Shown: positions 1-9,128 of the stretch, piece by piece
How positions within the stretch are numbered: position 1 is the first letter of the stretch
Layout: each line of letters starts with the position of its first letter
Assembly (NCBI GenBank): GCA_046292385.1
Contig: JBKBRF010000011.1
Location: 32,001 to 96,000, forward strand
Direction of reading: 5' to 3'
DNA length: 64,000 nucleotides
Source of the DNA: Armatimonadota bacterium
GTDB lineage: Bacteria > Armatimonadota > SYMT01
Position numbers and translations under genes: made by a program
Notes under the pieces: generated by a model
What the model was told of the DNA's origin: nothing
Database searches by the model: none
The model's input: the letters and a program-made list of their open reading frames with translations, nothing else

Positions 1-2
1 GG

Positions 3-671
3 GAGCTGCTGATCCAGGAAGAGGCCCGCAAGCTGATCGACCAGGACGCCGTGAAGCGAGAGGCAGTTCAGCGCGCGGAGCAGGACGGCATCATCTTCAT
101 TGACGAGATCGATAAGGTCGCGAGCCGGGGCGCCGGGCAGCAGGGTCCGGACGTCTCCCGGGGCGGCGTGCAGCGGGACATCCTGCCGATCATCGAAGGC
201 TCCACGGTGCAGACGAAGTACGGCCCGGTCCGTACCGACCACATCCTCTTCATCGCCGCCGGCGCCTTCCACGTGAGCAAGCCGAGCGACCTGATCCCGG
301 AGCTTCAGGGCCGCCTTCCGATCCGCGTGGAGCTGGACAACCTGACCGAGCAGGACTTCCGCCGCATCCTCTCCGAGCCGGAGAACGCCCTCACCAAGCA
401 GTACACCGCCCTGCTCGGAACGGAGGGTGTGAGCCTGGAGTTCACCGACGAGGGGATCTCGGAGCTCGCCCGCGTGGCGGCGGAGGTGAACCAGCGGACC
501 GAGAACATCGGCGCGCGCCGCCTCCACACCATCCTGGAGCGGCTGCTGGAAGACGTCTCCTTCGACGCCCCGGAAGAGGTGGCCGGCACCGTCACGATCG
601 ACGCCGCCTACGTCCGCCAGAAGCTGGACCAGATCGCTACGGACCAGGAGCTAGCCCGATACATCCTCTAG
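3..671 (+). CDS. hslU: ATP-dependent protease ATPase subunit HslU, 3' part (5'-truncated by window edge)
   Basis: [11 protein letters not shown]alker [43 protein letters not shown] and the C-terminal ..ARYIL are typical of HslU; frame is open from base 3. Confidence 0.97.
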   Translation, partial: ELLIQEEARKLIDQDAVKREAVQRAEQDGIIFIDEIDKVASRGAGQQGPDVSRGGVQRDILPIIEGSTVQTKYGPVRTDHILFIAAGAFHVSKPSDLIPELQGRLPIRVELDNLTEQDFRRILSEPENALTKQYTALLGTEGVSLEFTDEGISELARVAAEVNQRTENIGARRLHTILERLLEDVSFDAPEEVAGTVTIDAAYVRQKLDQIATDQELARYIL

Positions 672-707
672 CTAGAAGAAAGACGAAAGAAGAGAGAAGA
701 GAGGGGC

Positions 708-1574
708 CTACTCCGGGGAGGCGGGTCGGGGTAGGGCGGTGGGGTCGGCGGTGGGCGGGGTGCCCGGGAGTGGGAGGGATTCGGCGCCGGGCGCCGTGGC
801 GGGAAGCGGCAGATCGGTGGTGCCGGCGATGCCGAGTGCCTGCTCTACCTGATCCAATGCTTTGCGGATGATGCGGCGCTCCGGCAGCCGCCATGCGGCG
901 CTCCGGCGGCGGAGCGCGGCCAGCGCGGGCTCCAGCGGCAGATCGGTCCGCGTGGCGGCGAGACGGCCCACCTCCCGCGCCGCCTCCAGCCGGACCTCCA
1001 ACTCCGGGTCGTGGATCGCCCGGCAGAGCGTGGGGAAGGCAGCGGGCGTCACGCGCCGGGCCAGCTCCAGCACCAGGTCGACCCGGAATGCTGCCGATCT
1101 CTCCGGGTTGAACGGGGAGTCTCGGAAGCGCGCGAAGAAGCCCTGGCGCGACACTGGACGCGGCTCCGCCGCCAGTCGCAGCTCCGCCTCCAGCGCATCG
1201 GCGAGCACCCCGGCCACCGCCTCCGTCCGGAGCTCCGCCAGCGCGGCCAGCGCGGCGCACCGCACCCGCATCTCCGGATCGGCCAGCGCCCGGCCCAGCA
1301 GCTCTACCGCGGCCACGCACCGCAAGAGGCCCAGGCTGCGGACCGCCTGTTCTCGCACCCGCGCATCGCGATCGGTCGTGGCCTTGCAGAGAGCCTCCAC
1401 CACGAAGGGAAACGGATAATGTGCGAGCCGGAGCGCGGCTTCTGCGCGATCCGCTGAGTGTACTCCCGCCAGCAGGCGCACCCACCGCCGGGCGATCAGC
1501 TCGTCCGCCGAGCGCTCGATCTGGCTGCCTTCCCGGCGGGCCTGAATGGAGAATCGTTTCCGGCGCTCGCTCAT
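708..1574 (-). CDS. HEAT-repeat protein with C-terminal LPxP repeats
   Basis: HEAT_2-like motifs (DRDARVREQAVRSLG, DPEMRVRCAALAALA, DPELEVRLEAAREVG); ATG at 1574 preceded by a GGGAGGGG RBS. Confidence 0.8.
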   Translation of the reverse strand: MSERRKRFSIQARREGSQIERSADELIARRWVRLLAGVHSADRAEAALRLAHYPFPFVVEALCKATTDRDARVREQAVRSLGLLRCVAAVELLGRALADPEMRVRCAALAALAELRTEAVAGVLADALEAELRLAAEPRPVSRQGFFARFRDSPFNPERSAAFRVDLVLELARRVTPAAFPTLCRAIHDPELEVRLEAAREVGRLAATRTDLPLEPALAALRRRSAAWRLPERRIIRKALDQVEQALGIAGTTDLPLPATAPGAESLPLPGTPPTADPTALPRPASPE

Positions 1575-1662
1575 CGCTCCCCTCCCGCGGCTCCTATTCT
1601 TACTCAAGAGGCCGGTCGTACCGGGACCAGCCGAGCATAAAGCGGCGGGGTCCCCGGCGCCA

Positions 1663-1850
1663 GGTTCGGATTCATCCTTCATCCCTCCGCTCTCATCGTT
1701 CGCAAGCGCGCCGGTTGCCCGGAGGTCGCCAGCGAGCAGGAGCAAGAGTCAGAGCAGGAGCTTCCGTACACGGAGGGTTCGGTCCTCTGCACTCCGTCCT
1801 CTGCACTCCGTCCTCAGAATGGCTCCTTCTCGTTCTCCTTCTCCTTCTCA
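1663..1850. repeat. Composite short-tandem-repeat element (TCATCCT-like units, CTCTGCACTCCGTC x2, purine/pyrimidine tracts)
   Basis: 1785-1815 is the exact reverse complement of 15815-15845; AGGTTCGGATTCATCC at 1662 recurs at 36166. Confidence 0.75.
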
Positions 1851-2626
1851 AGCTCGGAGTCCGGGTCGCGCCTCAGCATCGAAGGCATGGGCAGTCCTTC
1901 CGGGTCTGCCGAAGGCGGGTTTGCCGGGCGGGGCAGGGTTTCCTCGCCGGGCCCGGGAACGGCGGCGGGGATCGGGAGGTCCGTATAGAGCGCGCGCTCC
2001 ACGGCAGCCAGCGTCTCCTGAAACACGTGCTGGTCCTTTCCCCAGATCCGGGCGAGCATCCGCAGCGGCACCAGCGCCTCTTCCAGCTCCGGTCCGGGGC
2101 ACCGCTCCGCGAGGCGACTGAGTGCCTGCGCCGCCAGGACGCGATAGGAGAGGCCGACTACCGTGGTCCGGGCATCGAGCAGCGCGTCACAGAGCGCGGG
2201 GACGACGGTACGATCTCCGAATTGCGCCAGCGCTCCCAGCGCGGAGAGACTGATCGAAGGGTCGGGGTCGCGCACCAGCGCGCGGATGGTGGGCAGCGAC
2301 GCCGGGTTCTGCTTCGCGCTGAGGGCTCGAAGCGCGCGGAGACGGATCCGCTGCGGTCGCTCCGGCGAGACCGCCGCGCACAGCGCCTCCTGGGCCTCCG
2401 GGGTGTCGTACCACTCCAGGGTGGAGATCGCGGCGAGGCACTCGCCGACGTCTGACGACGCACGCAGCCGCTCCCCAACCTGCGCCGCCGCCGCCGCGGT
2501 CTGGCGCTGCCGCTCTTCCGAGAGCTCCGGCTCTAAGTCGGCCCAGAGCTTCGTCGGCTGCTCCCGCCCGGAGCGACAGGCCCGGAGCAGGCGCTGCCAG
2601 AGCCACGCCAGTGTCGGCGCCTGCAC
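1814..2626 (-). CDS. HEAT-repeat protein with C-terminal LPxP repeats (paralog of neighbour)
   Basis: IRLRALRALS, DPDPSISLSALGALAQFGD, RVLAAQALSRL; GTG start inferred just after the upstream stop (start uncertain). Confidence 0.75.
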   Translation of the reverse strand: MQAPTLAWLWQRLLRACRSGREQPTKLWADLEPELSEERQRQTAAAAAQVGERLRASSDVGECLAAISTLEWYDTPEAQEALCAAVSPERPQRIRLRALRALSAKQNPASLPTIRALVRDPDPSISLSALGALAQFGDRTVVPALCDALLDARTTVVGLSYRVLAAQALSRLAERCPGPELEEALVPLRMLARIWGKDQHVFQETLAAVERALYTDLPIPAAVPGPGEETLPRPANPPSADPEGLPMPSMLRRDPDSELEKEKENEKEPF

Positions 2627-2628
2627 CG

Positions 2629-3444
2629 CTACCGGCCGCTCCCGAGCCGGGCGACGATGATCCCGAGCGCTTCCTGCATCTGGATCGACTGCTCCTCCAG
2701 GTCCAGCAGCACGTAGCAGACCTGGCTCAACCCCAGGAAGAGGACCCACATCACGACGCCGGAGATCAGCGTGAAGAGGGCGCTGGTGTAGAAGAGCTTC
2801 GGGATGGCGCTGCGGAAGCCGCCGAACATCAGGTCGCTCATCGCTCGAGAGGGATCGGGACGGGAGATGCCAAGGTCGCCGAGCCCGCCGCCGGAGAGCC
2901 CGCCCTCCCCTTCCAGCCCCTCGGATCCGAGCACCCCGCCGAGGCCGCCGCCCGGAGTTCCGCCTGGCGTGGGGAAGCGGAGGGTCGACGACGAGGGCGC
3001 CTGCGCGGCGAAGCGGTCCGCGGCCATACCGGACATGAAGAGCATGAACGCGCCGATCACGGAGAGGATCAGCGTGACCCAGGCGGAGGAGACGCAGATG
3101 CCGGCCGTCAGCCGCAGGGCACTCCGCTTCCGGCGCGGCGGCGGCATGAACGGGACGGCCGGGACCGGTGCCGGGGCCGAGGCAGGTGCGGACGGCGGCG
3201 CTGCGCCCTGCGGCGGACGCCATTCCGGCTGCGGCGGCGGGCCGGGAACGCCCTGCTGCGGCGGCCGCTGCGTGACGGGCGGCACGGCCGGCGGTCCCGC
3301 GGGCCGCGGCGCCGCGCCGGGACGGGCGCCCGGTGGAGGCGGCGGACCGGGGCGGCCGGAGCTCCCGGCGGGCGGACCGGCGGGACGCGGCTGGGGGCCG
3401 GGGGCGCCGGGGCGGCCGGAGCCGGGCGGGGGCTGCTGCATCAC
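2629..3444 (-). CDS. Proline-rich N-terminus, two-TM membrane protein, unknown function
   Basis: ~100-aa Pro/Gly-rich N-terminus, two hydrophobic helices separated by a Gly-rich loop; GGAGG RBS upstream. Confidence 0.7.
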   Translation of the reverse strand: MMQQPPPGSGRPGAPGPQPRPAGPPAGSSGRPGPPPPPGARPGAAPRPAGPPAVPPVTQRPPQQGVPGPPPQPEWRPPQGAAPPSAPASAPAPVPAVPFMPPPRRKRSALRLTAGICVSSAWVTLILSVIGAFMLFMSGMAADRFAAQAPSSSTLRFPTPGGTPGGGLGGVLGSEGLEGEGGLSGGGLGDLGISRPDPSRAMSDLMFGGFRSAIPKLFYTSALFTLISGVVMWVLFLGLSQVCYVLLDLEEQSIQMQEALGIIVARLGSGR

Positions 3445-3652
3445 GTTACCTCGGAGGTGGGGAGTGGGTGCGCCGGCGGCGGGCTGGCCGGGCCGGTCGC
3501 TTCCTTATCTTCGATACTACCACGGTCCGCTTTGTTCCCCCTCTCGAACTGGAACCCGGCTCCGGCGCGAGGGAATGCGGGGCGCCACAGTGAAGCTAAG
3601 CGCCGTAGGCGCCGGCATTGGTGGTGGCGCCGCGATTCGGTGGAGATACCTC

Positions 3653-5014
3653 ATGAGCGATAAGTCCTCCCGCAGGGAGTTCCTGGACCGCACCGGCCGC
3701 ACGGTTTCCGCCGTGACCCTGGGCCTCGCGAGCAGCGACTTCCTCACCCAACGCGCCGCGTGGGCCGCACACACCCAGGCCGAAGTGAAGCCGAAGACCG
3801 CCGGACAGGCGCCGGTGATGGCGCTGATCGGCTGCGGCGGCATGGGCCGCGGCAACATGAACAACCTGATCGGCCACGGCATCCCGTTCGCCGCCGTCTG
3901 CGACGTGGACGAGAGCCACATGCGCGCCGCCGCCGACGAGGTAGAGAAGCGCCAGCGCAAGCGGCCGGAGATGATCAAGGACTTCCGCAAGGTGATCGAG
4001 CGGAAAGATATCGACGCCGTGGTGATCGCCACGCCGGACCACTGGCACGCCCTCCCCACCATCTACGCGGCGCAGGCGGGGAAGGACATGCACCTGGAGA
4101 AGCCGATCTGCCACAACATCACCGAAGGCCGGGTGATGGTCAACGCGGTGAAGCGGAACAAGAACGTGGTGCAGGTCGGCACCTGGCAGCGCAGCACGCC
4201 GGAGTTCGTCGACGCGATCGACTACATCCGCAAGGGCCGGCTCGGCAAGGTGACGGTGGTCCGCGCCTGGAAGACCGACGACTTCCGCATGGGCAAGAAT
4301 GCCACGAAGGAGCCGCCCAGGGAGCTCGACTACGACTTCTGGATCGGCCCGGCGGAGATGGTGCCGTACACCGGCAAGAACACCCACTTCGACTGGCGCT
4401 GGTACTGGAACTACGCCGCCGGCATGACCGGCGATTGGGGCGTCCACATGATGGACATCGGCCTGCTCGGCATGAGTCCCGGCACCGACCTGGTGATGCC
4501 GACCGAAGTCTCCGCCTACGGCGGCAAGCTGGCCTGGCCGGATGACGACCGCACCACGCCGGACACCCACGTGGCGATCATGCAGTTCCCGGGCTTCGTG
4601 TTCCATTGGGAGACGGGCCGCAAGCCGGTCGACGGCACCAACTCCGCCCACAACAACGCCACGCAGTTCGTGGCGGCGGACGGCAGCTCCCTCACCGTGT
4701 GGCGCGGCGGCTGGAGTGTGAAGGGCCCGGACGGCAAAGAGCGGGAGAAGACCACCGATCCCGCCTTCCGCGGCAAGTACGACCACATGCAGAACTTCCT
4801 GGACTGCATCGTCTCCCGCGAGCAGCCGCGCAGCCACCTGGAGTCGATGTACCAGACCACCACGGTCTGCCACCTGGCCAACGTCGCCTACCTCGCCGGA
4901 GAGCCGGTCCGGTGGAGCAAGGAGAAGAACGACATCGTCGGTAAGGCCGGTAAGGACACGCTGGCATACCAGCGCAAGTACCGCAAGCCGTGGTCGCTCC
5001 CGAAGATCGGGTAG
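3653..5014 (+). CDS. Gfo/Idh/MocA family oxidoreductase with Tat signal
   Basis: SRREFL twin-arginine motif, LIGCGGMG Rossmann motif, IATPDHWHA, EKP, DWGVHMMDI; GGAGA RBS before ATG 3653. Confidence 0.93.
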   Translation: MSDKSSRREFLDRTGRTVSAVTLGLASSDFLTQRAAWAAHTQAEVKPKTAGQAPVMALIGCGGMGRGNMNNLIGHGIPFAAVCDVDESHMRAAADEVEKRQRKRPEMIKDFRKVIERKDIDAVVIATPDHWHALPTIYAAQAGKDMHLEKPICHNITEGRVMVNAVKRNKNVVQVGTWQRSTPEFVDAIDYIRKGRLGKVTVVRAWKTDDFRMGKNATKEPPRELDYDFWIGPAEMVPYTGKNTHFDWRWYWNYAAGMTGDWGVHMMDIGLLGMSPGTDLVMPTEVSAYGGKLAWPDDDRTTPDTHVAIMQFPGFVFHWETGRKPVDGTNSAHNNATQFVAADGSSLTVWRGGWSVKGPDGKEREKTTDPAFRGKYDHMQNFLDCIVSREQPRSHLESMYQTTTVCHLANVAYLAGEPVRWSKEKNDIVGKAGKDTLAYQRKYRKPWSLPKIG

Positions 5015-5305
5015 GCTTCCGGGATTCCTGACACAGAGGGACACAGAAGAACCTACGGAGGGGACACAGAGGAACTCCCTCGCTCTAGGACCGGAGCCTC
5101 CATTTCCCAATCGCGGTCATCCTGACCGGCGGGAAGGATCTCGGCAGCCGCGCTGGGGCGGAGTACGCCGGCACGTCACGAGGACTAAGCCGGCGACTCC
5201 GCCCGCACGGTTCCCGCTCCCTTCGGCGGCACCGCACCCGCCGGCGTGGAACGGTTGCCGGAGCACGGCTTACCGCCGTGCTCCCGATCGTCTTCGAGGC
5301 TGAAC

Positions 5306-6961
5306 ATGAGACCACTCGCTCTCATTCTGCTGCTGGCCATCGGGTTTGCCGCGGGCACTTCAGCCAGTCGCGCGGCGGAGCCAGAAGCGGGGTTAGAAGG
5401 TGATTCACGGCTCCGGCGTCGGGTTTCATTGGAGGTCCGACACGCACCGGTAGACGAAGTCGTTCAGCAGGTCGCACAGCAGTCCGGAGTATCGCTGCAG
5501 GTCTCTGGAGATGCCGCCGACCTCCGGATTACCGGTCTGGTCTCGGAAGTGCCCCTGGGCGGATTCATGGCTCAGCTCGGCACGCTGCTGAATTTGACGT
5601 GGCGCCGCGCGGGGAATGTCGAGGCGGAGTACTCCTACACGCTGCTCGCTACCGACGCTGATCGCGCACGGCTTGCAGCGGAACAGCGCGCAAACTGGAT
5701 GCGACTGAAGCAAAGGATGCAGCGGCTCATTCGCGCTCTCGGCGGAGCCGGCGATCCGGTCGCAGAGCGGTTTGCAGCGCTGCCGGCCATCCGCGGGTCG
5801 GTGCAGATGCTTGCTGCGCTCCCGCCCACGTGGTTCGACGAGCTCCTGAAAGCGGGGAGGCTGCAGATACGCGCCGCGGATATGACCCCGGCGCAGCAGC
5901 AGGCCCTACGGACCTTGCAGGAGAGCCGTCGTAGCGCTCTTCTCTCTCTCCCGCCATCCGACGCGGAAATGCCGAATACCCCGGCGCACACGAACCCGGC
6001 TCCGCCGGCCCACGTGGGCGTGGAGTTGGAGATCGATCGTCGTTTTGGAGACGGCGACCGTGCCAGGGTTCTGCTGCGGGTGATCGATGCTTCCGGTCGG
6101 GGTGGAGGGGTCGGGCTGCAAGACGTGCCCAGGCCCATTCCGGACGCGCTCTCGGAGGCACGGCATTTTGGCTCTCGCCGAATCGCCCTACAACCGAGTC
6201 GCCCGCTGCAACTGCCCTCCGGCGCTGTGAGGTGGGAGGAGACCCTGCTCCTCTTCGCGCGCGAGAATAGGATCAACGTGCTATCCGATGCATTCGATCC
6301 CGACCATGCTCGTACGCCCAGTCCGTCACCCCCGCAGGCCGAGAGTGCGGATCCGCCGGATCGCAGATTGGATCAGCTCTGCTATCCCTACGATTACACC
6401 TGGAATGCGGCGGGCCCGCTCGTGCTCTTCCGTCAACGCGATTGGTATTTCGAGCGCGAGCGACAGATCCCGGAGCGCCTGGCGCGAGAATGGCGTAAGA
6501 GTGCGCGTCAGCGTGGCAGCTACTCACTCGACGAACTTGCGGGAATGGCAGAGCTTCCCGGTGCACAACGACTAAAGCTTCGGGCTTACGCAGGCACAGA
6601 AGCGGCGAGCACCGTGCTGCGCTTCCGGAATCTTCTCGTGCTCTGGGCACGGCTGAGTGCCGAGCAGAAGGCGATGGCCCAGTCAGCAGGGTTGCCGGTA
6701 GAGCGGGTCGGCATGGGGCTACACCCCCTTCTCCTCTCGCTGGCGCAGCGAGTGCGACCGGAATCGCGGGAATTCGCGCGTTCACTGAGCCGCATACGCG
6801 TCCAGGGGCGTGTTTCTCCCCCCACTACCTCGGTACTGTTCAGCTTCCGAGACGGAGTTACGAAACAAGTCGACCTCTCCCGAGGCGCCAATCCTGCGGA
6901 GGACCCGCTGGGGAGCGCAGGGACTGCCGTGGTAGCGCCCACCGGCCCGACTTTGCAGTGA
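5306..6961 (+). CDS. Secreted hypothetical protein with N-terminal secretin/STN-like domain
   Basis: Signal peptide MRPLALILLLAIGFAAG; RRVSLEVRHAPVDEVVQQVAQQSGVSLQV resembles STN/N0 domains; codon usage visibly more A/T-rich than neighbours. Confidence 0.6.
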   Translation: MRPLALILLLAIGFAAGTSASRAAEPEAGLEGDSRLRRRVSLEVRHAPVDEVVQQVAQQSGVSLQVSGDAADLRITGLVSEVPLGGFMAQLGTLLNLTWRRAGNVEAEYSYTLLATDADRARLAAEQRANWMRLKQRMQRLIRALGGAGDPVAERFAALPAIRGSVQMLAALPPTWFDELLKAGRLQIRAADMTPAQQQALRTLQESRRSALLSLPPSDAEMPNTPAHTNPAPPAHVGVELEIDRRFGDGDRARVLLRVIDASGRGGGVGLQDVPRPIPDALSEARHFGSRRIALQPSRPLQLPSGAVRWEETLLLFARENRINVLSDAFDPDHARTPSPSPPQAESADPPDRRLDQLCYPYDYTWNAAGPLVLFRQRDWYFERERQIPERLAREWRKSARQRGSYSLDELAGMAELPGAQRLKLRAYAGTEAASTVLRFRNLLVLWARLSAEQKAMAQSAGLPVERVGMGLHPLLLSLAQRVRPESREFARSLSRIRVQGRVSPPTTSVLFSFRDGVTKQVDLSRGANPAEDPLGSAGTAVVAPTGPTLQ

Positions 6962-7013
6962 GACCCAGCGGGAGCTGTGGAGCCCTGGGGAGCCCGGCGA
7001 GAGTAACGAGCCC

Positions 7014-8096
7014 CTACAGCCGCAGCTCCTGGTAGGGGTGCTCGCACGGCTGGAGGTCGGTGATCCACATCCGGCGCTCGCTCAGGTCCATCACCACGGA
7101 GGTGACGGTGAGCGACCGCTCCGCGGGGGCGAGCGTCGGATCGGGGTGCCGGCAGATCGCGTTGGGGTACTGGTCGTGGTCCCGCAGCGCCGCCTGGATC
7201 TTCTCCAGGGTGAGCGGCCTGGCGGCGCGGAGTAGCGCCCCCAGGCGGCAGTGACGCTTCTCGGAGAAGTGACGGCGCGGGTTGGGGGGCTGCTCCACCC
7301 CGGTCCGCTCCGGGTCGACGAAGTGGTTGGCGTGCACCAGCACTCCCTCTTCCGCCTCCAGGCGAGAGAGCCGCTCCGGAGCGGTCTCCAGGTCGAGAAT
7401 CCGGTCCGGGGCCTGGCCGAGCAGGAAGTTGGTGGAGCAGGAGCGGGCCGGCTCGGTCACCACCCGCACCGCATCGTCCAGGGCGCGCTTCCGCAAGATC
7501 TCGTAGCAGCGGACGTGGAACGGCTTGCGGAGCCGGGACCAGTCGTCTTCCGTGGAGAGGAGGCCGTTGATGCCGAGCCCCAGTCCCTCCGAGTTGAGCC
7601 CGATCTTGCCGCCGACGATACCCGCCTGGGTGAAGCTGAGGCTGCGCATGCCGTCGGGATCGGTGGAGTGGAGCACCGCCCCCTGCACGTCCGGGATCCA
7701 GTCCCAGTTTTGCCCCAGCCAGAGATGACCGTTCTCCGCGGCCTCCGGCGCGATGGCGAAGGCGGTGCAGCCGTCCCCTTCCTCCATCGCGTTGCGGGTC
7801 CAGCGGTCGTAGAGCAGCTCGTAGCGGACGTTGAGCGCGGTCACGAAGTCGGCGTCGAGACCGCTGCCCTCGATCACGCCGCGCAGTCCTTCGGCATAGT
7901 CCCCGTTGCTCTCCGCGATCACCCGGCGGTAAGCGCGCGCCCGCTCCCGCACCTCGTCCGGAGAGACGCCGACCTCCGACTGGAACCGGGCCAGGTAGAC
8001 TTCGATGTTGCGGGCGATCCGGTCCCGGAGCGCCTCCCCGTGCGCCAGGCCCTGCTGGTACGGCGACCCGGTAAGCTGGAGCACCGGTAGGCTCAT
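7014..8096 (-). CDS. C45 family peptidase / acyl-CoA:6-aminopenicillanic acid acyltransferase-like Ntn hydrolase
   Basis: DG|CT autocleavage site, GQNWDW, GLNSEGL, HANHF; ATG overlaps the upstream stop (ATGA). Confidence 0.88.
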   Translation of the reverse strand: MSLPVLQLTGSPYQQGLAHGEALRDRIARNIEVYLARFQSEVGVSPDEVRERARAYRRVIAESNGDYAEGLRGVIEGSGLDADFVTALNVRYELLYDRWTRNAMEEGDGCTAFAIAPEAAENGHLWLGQNWDWIPDVQGAVLHSTDPDGMRSLSFTQAGIVGGKIGLNSEGLGLGINGLLSTEDDWSRLRKPFHVRCYEILRKRALDDAVRVVTEPARSCSTNFLLGQAPDRILDLETAPERLSRLEAEEGVLVHANHFVDPERTGVEQPPNPRRHFSEKRHCRLGALLRAARPLTLEKIQAALRDHDQYPNAICRHPDPTLAPAERSLTVTSVVMDLSERRMWITDLQPCEHPYQELRL

Positions 8097-9061
8097 GCGT
8101 TCTCTTCTCCCTGCTCCGGCGGCTGCAGGTAGCGGGCGAACTGGATCCACGCCGGCTGCCGCTCAAACCCCAGCGCGATGTTGATGCCGAGCATCCCCTC
8201 GTTCCCCTGCTCGTTCCAGGTCTTCACCACGGGGCACCCGCACCTCTTAGCATAGTCGAGCGCGCGCAGCTTCATCGCCCGCGCGATGCCTTTCCGGCGG
8301 TATTCCCGCCGCACGCCGGTGAGGCCGGTGTAGAGATCCGCGTTCCCCTGGCTGCCCCAGAGCGCGGTCAGTCCCACGTACTCGTCGCCGTGTACCGCCA
8401 CGATGTAGGCGTCCGGCCGGAGCCCGGGATCACCGTGGAACCGCTTGCGCCACTGCTCGAACTCTGTCCTGGAGAGCGGCTGGGTGTGCGGCACGTCCTG
8501 CAGCAGGACCCAGTCGAGCTCGTAGAGCTTGCGCTCGTGGTCGGGGTCGTCCTGCAGCTCCCGCAGGCTGCGGATCTCGATCCCGTGGGCGCGGACCTGC
8601 GCCGCCGCCTCTTCGACGCCGCGCGACTCGTACCGGTCCATGAAGAGCCGGCTCTCCCATTCGCGCTGCTCTGCCACGAAGCCGCGGTCCTGGAGGAACC
8701 GGACCGTCCGGGAGTAGTCCTCGCGGGCATTGGCGAGCAGCACGATCGGGTTTCGCTCCGCGAGCGCTCCCACCACGTGATCGTAGAGCGCCCTGCCGAT
8801 GCCCTGGCCCTGGCGCTCCGGGAGCACGGAGATGTCGAGCACGAACTTCCGCGGGTGGTACATCCAGGCCCACTGGCCGTACTTCCCCGCGCCGATGAGG
8901 CGCCCGTCCTCCTCCCAGACCCAGCGCGCGGAGAGGCACTTGGGGTCCTGGCGCGCGTCGTGGAGCCGGATCTCGTCTCCGGTAGTGGGATAGTCCGGCA
9001 TCACGGCGCACGTCAGCGCCGCGAGGGCCTCGTAGTCTTCGGGCGTAAAGGCGCGGATCAC
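8093..9061 (-). CDS. Tandem GNAT N-acetyltransferase
   Basis: Two acetyl-CoA motifs (VLPERQGQGIG; TGVRREYRRKGIA) and N..GMLGIN..LGF. Confidence 0.88.
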   Translation of the reverse strand: MIRAFTPEDYEALAALTCAVMPDYPTTGDEIRLHDARQDPKCLSARWVWEEDGRLIGAGKYGQWAWMYHPRKFVLDISVLPERQGQGIGRALYDHVVGALAERNPIVLLANAREDYSRTVRFLQDRGFVAEQREWESRLFMDRYESRGVEEAAAQVRAHGIEIRSLRELQDDPDHERKLYELDWVLLQDVPHTQPLSRTEFEQWRKRFHGDPGLRPDAYIVAVHGDEYVGLTALWGSQGNADLYTGLTGVRREYRRKGIARAMKLRALDYAKRCGCPVVKTWNEQGNEGMLGINIALGFERQPAWIQFARYLQPPEQGEENA

Positions 9062-9128
9062 TGGAGCAGCCTCCCGCCCCAGTGTAGCCGCCCGCCGGCC
9101 ACAAAGCAAGGTGCCGTGCGCTTCCGTG

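Noticed and set aside
2804..3652. Long N-terminal extension of the Gfo/Idh/MocA ORF
   Set aside because: Antisense to the Pro-rich gene; the real start has an RBS and Tat motif at 3653.
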